From an uncultured Acidobacteriota bacterium (GTDB lineage Bacteria; Acidobacteriota; Vicinamibacteria; Fen-336; JAGNNV01), in the NCBI GenBank assembly GCA_964396875.1, contig CAYNHK010000001.1:4546-68545 (forward strand): DNA of 64,000 bases. Direction: 5' to 3'. The notes beneath the pieces are model-generated. The model searched no databases. It was not told the origin of the DNA and saw only the letters and a program-made list of their open reading frames with translations. Of the stretch, positions 35,645 to 45,500 are shown one piece after another (within the stretch, counting starts at the first letter, position 1; the number at the start of each line of letters is the position of its first letter). A program made the position numbers and the translations under genes.

Positions 35645-37156
35645 TCAGGAGGCCTCCGGACGGTCCTCGACCCCCGCCATCAAGCGCATCAGCCCCTCCT
35701 CGGTGGCGGCGCCGCCCGGCACTTCCCCAACAAGTCGGCCGCCTCGCAGCACCAGGATCCTCGATGAGAGGGAGAGCAACTCCGGCAGTTCGCTCGAGAT
35801 CAGGAGGACCGCGGCGCCCTTCCGGGAGAGTTCGTTGATCAACGCGCGGATCTCCGCCTTGGCCCCGACGTCCACACCTCGTGTGGGCTCATCGAGGATG
35901 AGAACGCGGCAGCGCGCGGCGAGCCATCGCGCCAGAACGATCTTCTGTTGATTGCCGCCGGAAAGACCGGCGACCGGGAAGTCGAGGTGGGGGATCTTGA
36001 CCCTGAGAGCGGCGAACTGCTCCGACACCAACGCTCGCTCGGCGGGCTTTCGGACGAACGTGGCGCGGGCTAGACGAGAGAGAAAGGGCAGCGTCGTGTT
36101 CGCACGACCGCCCAGGGAAAGGATGAGCCCCTGGTGCTTCCGGTCTTCGGGGACGAGACCGAGACCGAACATCAGAGCCGTTTCCGGGGCATCGATCACG
36201 CGTGGTGTCCCATCGATCGACACACTGCCCGTCGCCGAGCGGTCGAGACCGAAGACGGCCTGGGCAAGCTCCGATCGTCCGGCGCCCACGAGGCCCGCGA
36301 GGCCGACCACCTCGCCCGCGCGTACGCCGAAACTCACGTTCTCGAATCGACCCGGGCTCGAGAAGTGCTCAACCCTCAGAACCTCCGGGGCGGAATCGAC
36401 GGGGATACGCGCCGATGGACTGTCTTCAACCACGCGACCGACCATCATCTGGACGAGGGAGCTTTCGTCCAGCCGGCCCGTCTCCTGCGTTGCGACGTGG
36501 TGGCCGTCCCTCAGCACCGTGACGGTATCGCAGAGCCTGAAGATCTCGCGCAGGCGATGTGAAACGTAAATGCAGGTGACTCCACGGCCGCGCAGCAGGG
36601 CGAGCAGCGAATAGAGCTGATCGGCCTCGTGCTGTCCGAGGCTGCTCGTCGGCTCGTCGAAGACGATCACGCGCGCGCCGGTGCCGACGGAAGCCGCCAC
36701 CTGCACCATCTGCTGCTGGCCGATCGTGAGATCCCCGACCACGCGGTCTGGATCCACCGCGGCGCCGACCGCATCGAGCATGCGCACCGCCTTGGCGCGA
36801 ACGTCCACGCGCTTGACGAAATGCCCACGGGAGGGGAGTCGACCCAGACACAGATTCTCAGCCACCGTGAGATTCGGGCACAGCGCCAGTTCCTGATGCA
36901 CCATCGCGATGCCGGCGTTCAAGGCCTCGCGCGGGCTTGCGAAATGGACTTCCGCGCCGTTCACCAGGACGCGCCCGCCGTCGTGCGGGAACACGCCGGC
37001 CAGGATCCGGCCCAGCGTGCTTTTACCCGCTCCGTTCTCGCCGCACAGCGCGTGACACGAACCGGCACGAATGTCGAACGAAACGCCGGACAGCGCCACG
37101 ACGCCGGGGAACGTCTTGACGACGCCCTCGAAACGGACGACAGGAACGTCGCTCAT
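35645..37156 (-). CDS. Sugar ABC transporter ATP-binding protein (MglA/RbsA-like, duplicated ATPase)
   Basis: Walker A GENGAGKST and two ABC domains. It ends 3 nt before galK. Confidence 0.9.
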   Translation of the reverse strand: MSDVPVVRFEGVVKTFPGVVALSGVSFDIRAGSCHALCGENGAGKSTLGRILAGVFPHDGGRVLVNGAEVHFASPREALNAGIAMVHQELALCPNLTVAENLCLGRLPSRGHFVKRVDVRAKAVRMLDAVGAAVDPDRVVGDLTIGQQQMVQVAASVGTGARVIVFDEPTSSLGQHEADQLYSLLALLRGRGVTCIYVSHRLREIFRLCDTVTVLRDGHHVATQETGRLDESSLVQMMVGRVVEDSPSARIPVDSAPEVLRVEHFSSPGRFENVSFGVRAGEVVGLAGLVGAGRSELAQAVFGLDRSATGSVSIDGTPRVIDAPETALMFGLGLVPEDRKHQGLILSLGGRANTTLPFLSRLARATFVRKPAERALVSEQFAALRVKIPHLDFPVAGLSGGNQQKIVLARWLAARCRVLILDEPTRGVDVGAKAEIRALINELSRKGAAVLLISSELPELLSLSSRILVLRGGRLVGEVPGGAATEEGLMRLMAGVEDRPEAS

Positions 37157-37184
37157 CCGGACCGAGGAGGCCTTTCGGGAGCGT

Positions 37185-38249
37185 TCACTTGGCGGGATCG
37201 GTCAGGGCGAGGAAACGCTCCGGCACATCCGTGAATCCCCAGTCCCTGAGCTGACGAGCCCACGCGCCGAGGTTCGCCTTCGAAACATGGACGAGTTCCA
37301 TGGGCATGATCTCCGGGCCCTGTGTGCCGCCGTGGATCTTTTCCACGATCGTGTTCACGCTCACGTAGCCCCACAGATAGGTGCTCTGAGCGAGCAGAAC
37401 CGGGGCGATTCCCTTCTCGACATACGCAAGCTGCGCGGGAAGGGCGTCCACGGCCACGATCTTCATCTTCTTCGGATCGATTGCGTCGAGGAGGGTCGGG
37501 GTGAACAGGGGCCAGCCGCCGATCATGGCCCAGCCCTCGATCTCGGGATAGGCGTTGTTCACACGGATGACCTCCGCCGCCGCGTCCTGGGGCGTCTCGA
37601 TGTGCGAGAACGATCCAATGACCGTGATGCCGGGGTGCTTCGCGGCCTCCTCCCGGGCACCCGTCACCCGCTTCTGGAGATTGGGCGCATTCTGGTTGCC
37701 GGCCAGGATCGCGACCTTCCCCTTTCCACCGAGCTGTTTGGCGAGTTCCGCCATGGTGGCGGTTCCGGCCTTGCCGTCGTCGACGCCGTAGAACGCGAAG
37801 CGCTTCGACAGCGGCGCGTCGGAGTCGAAGGTCATCACGGGCACGCCGCGCGCCACCGCGTCATTGATCGCGCCCGTGACCTTGCCGGCGTCGGAGCACG
37901 AAACGAGAATGGCACTGGCTCCCTCGTTCACGGCCTGGGCGATCCGCTGAGCCTGAAGCTGTCCGTCTTCGGTCGGGGGAGTGAGCCAGGCGATCTCGAC
38001 CGGGATGCCGATCTTCTCGGACTGCTCTTTGGCTGCCGCTTCCGCGCCCGTGCGGGCCGAGAGAAAGACGGGATTGGTCGAGCTCTTGGCGACGAGCGCG
38101 ATCTGGATCTTCCTGGGCGCGGCCTTCTGAGCCGGGGCGGCCGTCTCCGGCGCCGAGCTACAGCTGGTGGTGAGGGCGACGGCGGCAGTGAGGACGCCGC
38201 CCACGGCGCCCCGCGAAAGTTTCGTCATCAGCATGCTGAGGTCTCTCAT
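37185..38249 (-). CDS. Periplasmic sugar-binding lipoprotein of ABC transporter (galactose/glucose-binding type)
   Basis: PBP type I fold. Lipoprotein-like signal (...AAVALTTSCSS). Start chosen at ATG 38249 so as not to overlap the upstream permease; the ORF runs to 38351. Confidence 0.75.
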   Translation of the reverse strand: MRDLSMLMTKLSRGAVGGVLTAAVALTTSCSSAPETAAPAQKAAPRKIQIALVAKSSTNPVFLSARTGAEAAAKEQSEKIGIPVEIAWLTPPTEDGQLQAQRIAQAVNEGASAILVSCSDAGKVTGAINDAVARGVPVMTFDSDAPLSKRFAFYGVDDGKAGTATMAELAKQLGGKGKVAILAGNQNAPNLQKRVTGAREEAAKHPGITVIGSFSHIETPQDAAAEVIRVNNAYPEIEGWAMIGGWPLFTPTLLDAIDPKKMKIVAVDALPAQLAYVEKGIAPVLLAQSTYLWGYVSVNTIVEKIHGGTQGPEIMPMELVHVSKANLGAWARQLRDWGFTDVPERFLALTDPAK

Positions 38250-38257
38250 TTCAGAGG

Positions 38258-39289
38258 TTAGGAGGAAGGTTTCATCCGCCGCGCCGCGAAGCGGGCGCTG
38301 GCCTGATCGAGCACCACAGCCGCGATGATCGCGCACCCGACGATAATCCACTCGTAGTTTTGATCGAGACGAAGGGTACGGATCGACTGGCGGATCAAGA
38401 CGATGAGAAGGGCGCCGAGCATCGCCGAGATGGCGCTTCCCTTGCCGCCGGTGAGACTGGCCCCGCCGACGACCGCCGACGCGATGACGTAAAGCTCATA
38501 ACCGGTGGCGTCGCCGCAGGATGCCGCGCCGTAGAAGCTGGCGCCCATGAAGGCGGCGAGACCGGCGGTGAGGCCGGAGATGACGTAGACGCCGATCTTG
38601 ATCCGCCCCAGCCGCAGGCCCGCGAAGCGGCTCGCCTCGGGATTGCCGCCCACCGCGAAGATGTGGCGTCCCATCACGGTCCGGCCGAGGTAGATGGCGC
38701 CCACCACGGAGACCGCGATCATCGTCAACATCGGAACCGGATAGAGCGCGCCTGGAAGTCCGAGCGAAGCCTTCGCGAAGCTCGTGAGGGATTCGGGCAC
38801 CAGGATGCTCTCGGCCCGGCTCGTCACGAATGCGATGCCGCGCAGGATCCACATGGTCCCGAGCGTGATGATGAACGGGTGGACCCCGAGGCCCACCACC
38901 ATGACGCCGTTCAGCAGGCCGCAGACGAGGCCGATGCCGACACACGTCGCCAGCGCCACGAACAGGGTTTCGAGGGGGCCCATGGGCCCGGCGGCCCGCA
39001 GCACCATCGCCATGGTGACGCCCGCGAGGGCGTAGATGGAGCCGACGGAGAGATCGATGCCGCCGGAGATGATCACGCAGGTGGCGCCCACCGCCATGAT
39101 CGCGAAGAAGCTGGCGTCGGTGGCGGTTTGAATGAGGGTGTTGGAGTTGAGGAAGCGATTGACCTCCTGCCCCGTGGCGCGGTCGACGTTGGCGCCCGCG
39201 AAGAAGGTGAGAAGCCCGCCGAGGAGCAGGATCACGAGGACGAGCCCGCCCTGTTGCGAGGTGACGAGCTTGCGAATGAACGGGGACAT
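38258..39289 (-). CDS. Sugar ABC transporter permease
   Basis: Polytopic RbsC-family permease (MSPFIRKLVTSQQGGLVLVILLLGG...). Confidence 0.85.
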   Translation of the reverse strand: MSPFIRKLVTSQQGGLVLVILLLGGLLTFFAGANVDRATGQEVNRFLNSNTLIQTATDASFFAIMAVGATCVIISGGIDLSVGSIYALAGVTMAMVLRAAGPMGPLETLFVALATCVGIGLVCGLLNGVMVVGLGVHPFIITLGTMWILRGIAFVTSRAESILVPESLTSFAKASLGLPGALYPVPMLTMIAVSVVGAIYLGRTVMGRHIFAVGGNPEASRFAGLRLGRIKIGVYVISGLTAGLAAFMGASFYGAASCGDATGYELYVIASAVVGGASLTGGKGSAISAMLGALLIVLIRQSIRTLRLDQNYEWIIVGCAIIAAVVLDQASARFAARRMKPSS

Positions 39290-39292
39290 CCG

Positions 39293-40363
39293 TCAGCCCC
39301 TTACCTGTGCGGAGGCGTGTTCAGAGGCGAGGTAGTGCGTTTCGCTCATCGCGCGCAGCCTCTCGGCGGCTTCTTCGGGCAGGATGTCGCGCTGCGGCTC
39401 GGCCGAGAGTTCGTAGCCCACCACGAACTTCCGAACCGAGGCCGAGCGGAGCAGGGGCGGGAAGAACGTCGCGTGAAGCCTCCAGTACGGCGCGGAAACG
39501 CCATCGCGGGGCTGAGCGTGCCAGCTCATCGAGTACGGGAACGAACATCGGAAGAGATTGTCGTAGCGCCGGTTGATGCGGCCAAGGGCGTCGGCGAGCC
39601 CATTGCGTTCGTCAGGCTGAAGATCCGGCAGTTGGGAAACGCGACGGATCGGAAGCACCATCGTCTCGAACGGCCACACCGCCCAGAACGGAACGAGCAC
39701 GACCCAGTGGTCGTTGCGGAAGACGATGCGCCCTCCGGCCTCGAGTTCGCGTTTCAGGTAATCGCCAAGCAGGTCGCGGCGGTGACTCTCGTGGTACCTC
39801 TGTTGGGCGGATTGTCGCCGGGCCGCCCCGGTGGGAACGTGCCCGGTCGCCCAGATCTGTCCGTGCGGGTGAGGGTTGCTGCAACCCATCACGCGCCCCT
39901 TGTTCTCGAAGATCTGAACATGGCGAATGCCGTCGAGCGCTTGCAGCCGCGTGGCTTCGTCCGCCCACGCATCGACCACGCTGCGCAATTCGGCGTTGTC
40001 CATCAGCGCGAGGGTCAGATCGTGACGGGGAGAGAAGCACAGGACGCGGCACATGCCGGCCTCGGGCTCGGAGCGAAGGAGAGGATCCGGGTCTGCAGTT
40101 CCAGCGTCTTTGCCCGGGGGCGGCGTGAGAGCAGGGAAGTCATTGTCGAAGGCCATGGTCGTTGTGTAGGCCGGATTCCGCTCGCCATTCGCGCGGAGGT
40201 TCCCGGGGCACAGATAGCAACTCGGGTCGTACTCGGGTTCGTTGCCGGACTCGGCATCGTCGGTCTGTCCCTGCCAGGGACGTTGGAGCCGACCGGGCGA
40301 ACACAGCACCCATTCATCCAGAAGCGGGTTGTATCGGCGATGAGACCAATCGCGGTCGGGCAT
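39293..40363 (-). CDS. galT: Galactose-1-phosphate uridylyltransferase
   Basis: HRRYNPL near the N-terminus (as in E. coli GalT) and the CSNPHPHGQIWA active-site block. ATG 40363 chosen; ORF extends to 40504. Confidence 0.85.
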   Translation of the reverse strand: MPDRDWSHRRYNPLLDEWVLCSPGRLQRPWQGQTDDAESGNEPEYDPSCYLCPGNLRANGERNPAYTTTMAFDNDFPALTPPPGKDAGTADPDPLLRSEPEAGMCRVLCFSPRHDLTLALMDNAELRSVVDAWADEATRLQALDGIRHVQIFENKGRVMGCSNPHPHGQIWATGHVPTGAARRQSAQQRYHESHRRDLLGDYLKRELEAGGRIVFRNDHWVVLVPFWAVWPFETMVLPIRRVSQLPDLQPDERNGLADALGRINRRYDNLFRCSFPYSMSWHAQPRDGVSAPYWRLHATFFPPLLRSASVRKFVVGYELSAEPQRDILPEEAAERLRAMSETHYLASEHASAQVRG

Positions 40364-40406
40364 GCGGTGAGCAAGGCTACCCTCGATCGACCCCGTCGCG
40401 GCCAAT

Positions 40407-40420
40407 GGCCAGTTCTGGGG
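40407..40420. promoter_or_regulatory. GGCCAG-TT-CTGGGG box, 44 nt upstream of the galT start
   Basis: The minus strand reads CCCCAGAACTGGCC, which matches the receptor-leader box. Confidence 0.4.
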
Positions 40421-40445
40421 AGTTGCTGACTCGGAGCCAGGGTCG

Positions 40446-41798
40446 CTAGCGGGCCAGCAAGGCAGCCGGAATATCAACGACCACCAGGTCCAGGCTCTTC
40501 CCATCCGTCAACCGGCCCGACTGAAGGAGGACACGCCTGCCGTCGGGGCTGAAGATCGGATGGGTGTGGTCCGGAATCATCTTGTGGTCGGTGGTGAGGA
40601 GAATGCGCTCGCCAGTTCTCCGGTCGATCAGGTACACGTTCCCCTTGAACGAATCGGCGACTGCCCACCGCCCGTCGGGTGAACCGTTGCAGTGCCAGAG
40701 GCCCCCGGTGCGGCGCTCGCCCATGTCCTCCTCGATCTGGGCCAGGATCGACATGTGGTTGGTACGCAGGTTGATGACCGCGACCCCCGACGGCTTCTCG
40801 CGCAGGTAGGGCAGATGGCCCATCAGATTGAACATCACCTCGTCCCTCGTGGCGAAGGTCTCATGAGTGACCCACTCGTCGGGGGACTCTGCGTAGAGCG
40901 GGCGATGGCCCGTGCCATCGGCCCGCACCACCCACATCCGCTGCACCGCGTCCCCCGTGGTTTCGTGGCAGTACAGGATCTCCCCGGGAACCCAGGGGTT
41001 CGTCTGCAGGTGCCCCAGCCGCATCGGGATATCGATGACTGTCCCGATCTCGCCCGTCTTCATGTCGATGCTTCTTATCCCGCTTCTCCCGCGGCCCGCC
41101 GCTTCGAAACGCAGGCGCGACGTCTCCCGGTCCTGATCCGGATCCATGTTCCGGTCGTCGATGACCCGTCGTCCCGCGGGCGGCGCCGCCGCGTGCGACC
41201 TGGACGCTGGCGCCGGACGCGAAGGCACCTCCGGCTCCAGATTGATGCCGAAGTAAACCCGGCTTTCGTCGGAGTCGAGTGCGATCCCGCCGCCTCGCAT
41301 GTTGTCCGGAAGTGTAGCCACGACCCGCTCGTAGGTTGCCGCGGGTCGAGGCGTCCCCGCCATCGCGTCGGCGATGAGCGGATCAAGGTTCAGTTCAATC
41401 AGCTGTCGCGGCCGGTCCCGCATGAAGAACGCCTTGTTCGTCTTGTGCGACAGAGTCACATTGCTCGCGTTCACGTCGCCCGCGGTCATCTGGATGATGT
41501 CGCCGGTCTGTTCGTGGACCAGGAAAGCCTGCGGACCGCTGCCATCGCGAGAGCTGCGAAGGAGAATCCACTTGCCGTCGGCTGTCCAGGTCGGATCGGT
41601 CTGGTAGGGCTTCGAGTCATTCACCGGATCTGTGGTGAGGAATGTCAGATTCAAGCCGGTCACCGCGTCGACGATGATTCGCTTCTCAGGCGGAAACCGC
41701 CGACCGACGTGCGATGCGTCGGCCTCCGCCGCGGCCAGGAGGCTCAGAACACCGAGTGCAGCCAGGCCACGCCGGAAGGGGCCGGCCTCTCGCATCAA
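40446..41798 (-). CDS. Secreted TolB-like beta-propeller protein, probable oligogalacturonide lyase family (PF14583-like)
   Basis: Signal peptide and repeated TolB-type blades (ADGKWILLRSSRDGSGPQAFLV, HCNGSPDGRWAV, FSPDGRRVLL). The pectin-locus context fits. Confidence 0.5.
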   Translation of the reverse strand: MMREAGPFRRGLAALGVLSLLAAAEADASHVGRRFPPEKRIIVDAVTGLNLTFLTTDPVNDSKPYQTDPTWTADGKWILLRSSRDGSGPQAFLVHEQTGDIIQMTAGDVNASNVTLSHKTNKAFFMRDRPRQLIELNLDPLIADAMAGTPRPAATYERVVATLPDNMRGGGIALDSDESRVYFGINLEPEVPSRPAPASRSHAAAPPAGRRVIDDRNMDPDQDRETSRLRFEAAGRGRSGIRSIDMKTGEIGTVIDIPMRLGHLQTNPWVPGEILYCHETTGDAVQRMWVVRADGTGHRPLYAESPDEWVTHETFATRDEVMFNLMGHLPYLREKPSGVAVINLRTNHMSILAQIEEDMGERRTGGLWHCNGSPDGRWAVADSFKGNVYLIDRRTGERILLTTDHKMIPDHTHPIFSPDGRRVLLQSGRLTDGKSLDLVVVDIPAALLAR

Positions 41799-42502
41799 GC
41801 CTCCGCGTTTGGCGGAGTCGGTGTCTTCGGTGGCGAAGCGAGCGGGTTGCCGCCGCCGCGGGTTGCGGCGCCTAGAGTTCTCGTCAGGTGAACGGCGGCC
41901 GCGCGCGTGCGCGTGTTCACCTGGAGCTTTTCGTAGATGTGCCGGACATGCGAATGCACGGTGTCGTAGCCGATCGCGAGTTCCTCCGCGATCTCGCGGT
42001 ACAAGTAGCCCTTCGAAAGAAGCTCGAGGACTTCCTGCTCACGAGGGGTCAGCGTTTCGGAGCTGGCGATCGGCGCCGCCGGAACCGCGCGGAAGGACTG
42101 CACGACTTTGCGCGCGATGTGGCTCGACATCGGCGAGCCGCCGGCCTTGACCTCCTTGATGCTCGATATGAGGGCGGGGCCCGGCGTCCGCTTCAGGAGA
42201 TAGCCGCTGGCGCCCGCGGCGAGGGCATTGAAGATCAGATCGTTGTCCTGATACACGGTGAGCATCATGACCTGGGTGTCGGGAAGCGATACCTTCAGCC
42301 GGCGCACGCACTCGACCCCGTCGATTCCCGGGAGGTTGATGTCCATGAGCACCACCTCAGGCTTCACGCCGGGCAACACCTGAAGCGCCTCTTCACCGGA
42401 CCCATGCTCGCTTACGCAGCGGAGACCGGGGGCTCGTTCCAGCAGGCGAACGAGGCTCGCTCGCACTCGCTTGTCGTCTTCGACCACGGCGACGCTGATC
42501 AT
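41795..42502 (-). CDS. Two-component response regulator, NarL/FixJ (LuxR-type HTH) family
   Basis: Receiver domain (VVEDD...VVLMDINLPGIDG) plus a C-terminal LuxR HTH (TPREQEVLELLSKGYLYREIAEEL). Its stop overlaps the downstream start (ATGA). Confidence 0.9.
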   Translation of the reverse strand: MISVAVVEDDKRVRASLVRLLERAPGLRCVSEHGSGEEALQVLPGVKPEVVLMDINLPGIDGVECVRRLKVSLPDTQVMMLTVYQDNDLIFNALAAGASGYLLKRTPGPALISSIKEVKAGGSPMSSHIARKVVQSFRAVPAAPIASSETLTPREQEVLELLSKGYLYREIAEELAIGYDTVHSHVRHIYEKLQVNTRTRAAAVHLTRTLGAATRGGGNPLASPPKTPTPPNAEA

Positions 42503-42577
42503 CGAGACACCGGAGAAATCACCGCGGGAGCTTAGGGCGGCGCGAGGCTCGGCGCCAATAGCCAGTTCGTGGGAGTC

Positions 42578-45500
42578 TCAGGTCCTGGTCTGGGTCAGGC
42601 GAACCCGGGTGCCTCCGGCGACTCCATTCGAGATCTGGAATCGCGCCCCGATCGAGAGCATGCGTTCATCGATATTGCGGAGTCCCCGTCCTCCCTGAAC
42701 GCGGAGCGGTGTCTTCGTCGGGGCGGCGCTTCGCCCGCATCCATCGTCCTGCACTTCGATTTCGAACTCGGTGGGCGACAGCGTGAGGCTCAATCGCACC
42801 TCCGAAGCGCCCGCGTGTTTGACCACGTTGTTCAAGGCTTCCTTGACCGCGAGAAACAGGTTGTGCCGGGCCTCGGCGCGCAAAGGGATCGCGGGAATAG
42901 TCTCGGGCGCTTCGAGTCGGCAGGCGATTCCCGCGGTGGCGAGGTACTCCTGGGCAAAGTGAATGATGTAGTCCCACAGACTGTCGAGCGTGTCTTCGCG
43001 CGGGTTGACCGCCCAGACAATCTCATCCATGGCGCGGGTGAGTTCCACCGCGGTCTCGCCGATCTGTTCGGCGTGGGCCTTCGCCTCCTGCGGATTGTCG
43101 TCGCGGAGCAACTCGCTCAGGAGGCTGATCTGGGTCAGGCCCGCGCCGAGGTCGTCGTGGATGTCCTTCGCGATTCGCGTGCGGTCGCGCTCGACCGCGT
43201 GTTGCTGCTCGAGTCTCGCCAGGTTTGTGCGAAGCGTGCGCGTGGAAAGGTGGCGCGCGATGGAAGCCGCGCCCGCGAGGGAGAACAGCAGGAGAAGGCT
43301 CTTGAAGCCCACGGTCTCCCAGAAGTGGGGCAGCACCTTGAGAGGCAGGGCCGACTCCCGCGCGCTCCAGACACCGTCGCTGTTCCGTGCGATCACTTCG
43401 AAGCGATAGTCGCCAGGCCGGAGGTAGCTGTACTGGGCCGTGCGTCGGTCCGTCGGAGGCGACCAGTCCTTCTCGAGGCCGATCAGGCGGTAGCGGAAGC
43501 GGACGGCGTCGGGGGCAGCGAGGCTGAGGCCGGTGTAGCGGAACTCAACCTCGCGGCTTCCCGCAGGAACGACCACCGCGTCGTTCGCCCCTGGTTCCTC
43601 ATTTCTGATCCGATCCACCCACACCTCTTCGACCACGCTTGCGGGCGGTACTTCGTTGTTGCGAAGGTCTCTCGGATTCACCGAGACCGCTCCGCCCGTG
43701 GTCGCGAACCACAGCCGCCCTTCCCGGCCGCGCCATGAGACGGGTTGGTATCCCGAGCACTCGAGCGGGGGAACGCCGTCGGCTCGGCCATAGGTCGAAG
43801 ACACGAGCGATGTCTCCTTCATGTCGGCGACATCCGCGAGGCTCTTCTGCGAGATTCGCAGGAGACCCTCGCGGGAGCCCACCCACAGATGTCCCTGGTC
43901 GTCGTCCAGGATCTGGCAGACCACGGCGCTCGTGAGGCCCTCGCGCGTCGTGTAACGGAAAACGCGACCCCCGGAAAGCCGCAGCAGGCCGCCCTGGTAG
44001 GTGCCCACCCACACCACACCGCCCGATTGTGCCCGCAGCGACCAGATCTGATGAGACGCCCCGGCCTCGCCCAGAGAGACCCGTTCGAAGCGACCCTCGG
44101 CGTAGCGGTGAAGCGTCCCGTCGCCGCCGCCGATCCAGATCGCGCCGTTCTCGTCCTCGGCGAGCGCGCGCACTTCCGTGACCGTCATGCCGTCGGCCGG
44201 CCCGAAATGTTCGACCTTGCCATTCGTCCTCCGCGAGAGCCCGTCCCTTCTCCCCATCCAAAGCCGGCCGGAGCGATCGACGAGCAGGGCTTTTATGCCG
44301 TGGACCGCGGGGGAGGTGGGGCGCGCTACTCCGTTCTCGAGGACCCAGAGGTCTTCATGGTCGGCGCTCATCCACAACCGATTGCCCTCGGGGAAAAGCG
44401 ATAGCACGAAAGGCCGGGTGGCGGGAGGCGGCAGAGCGAAGGACTGCAACCCGCGGTCGCGGAACCGGGCAAGGCCGGCCCCCGCGCTGCCGATCCAGAC
44501 CGAACCCTGGCGGTCCTCGGCCACGGAGACCGTGGCGTATGAAGATCCCTGCTTCGGAACGGTGACGAGGTCGAATCTCCTCTCGCGGATTCGGGCCAGG
44601 CCGCCGCGGTCGACACTCAGCCAGAGGTTCGCCTCGCGATCCTTGAACATGCTCACGACCCGTTCGCTCGCGAAACCCTGGGCGGCTCCGAAGTGCCGGC
44701 GGTTCCCCTGGTCGTCGACATGAAGCAGTCCGCGACCGCCGTGCGCGAACCACAGTCCGCCTCGCCGGTCTCCGATCGGGAGTCTCGGCTGGAGGGCGTC
44801 CTCCGGCAGGTATCGAGAGGGCCCGAGGTCCCGGATCCACTGGCCGTCGCGTCCCTGGAGCAGGCGCTCGTTGACGATCGCCCAGAATGAATCGTCCTCC
44901 GCGAAATGCAGGAAGCCGACGTCGACCCTTTGGGAACCCGCACCCACAGGCATCGGAGAAAACTCCGTTCCGGCCCAGCGCAGGATCCCGGCGTTGGTTG
45001 CAACGACCACGCGATCCTCGCGATCCGTGGTGAGGTATTGGATCAAGCGTCCCGCCGGTGCTGACGGCAGGGACACCTCTTCGGTACGGCCGTCGACGAT
45101 CCGCCAGAGCCTCTCGTCGGTCGACCGGATCCACAATTCGCCGGAGCGCGTCGCGCAAAACGTCGGGCTGAAGACGACGTCCTGGGGCCTGATGGTCCCC
45201 CAGGGACCCGCGCGTCCTGCGTCGAGGGTCCGTCGCAGGACCGACCCGGACTGAAGCACGAAGACCTGCTCGCGATCGGTTGACGACGCGAGCCATACAC
45301 CGCTCTCCACGCGTTCGCGGGCCGCCCACTCGGCGGTGAAGACGCCGTTGCGCCACGACGTGAGGGAGCCATCGTAGGTATTGATCCACAGCGTTCCGGC
45401 GCGGTCCGTGAACAGACGTTCGACGCGCGTGTGACCGAGGGCGCGCGTGTTCGAAGAATCGAATCGAACGAAGCGGACGCCGTCGAAGCGGGCGAGGCCG

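Noticed and set aside
38360-40429. Plus-strand ORF 38360..40429 (689 aa)
   Set aside because: It is antisense to the ABC permease and galT. The product is Arg/Gly/Asp-rich low complexity.
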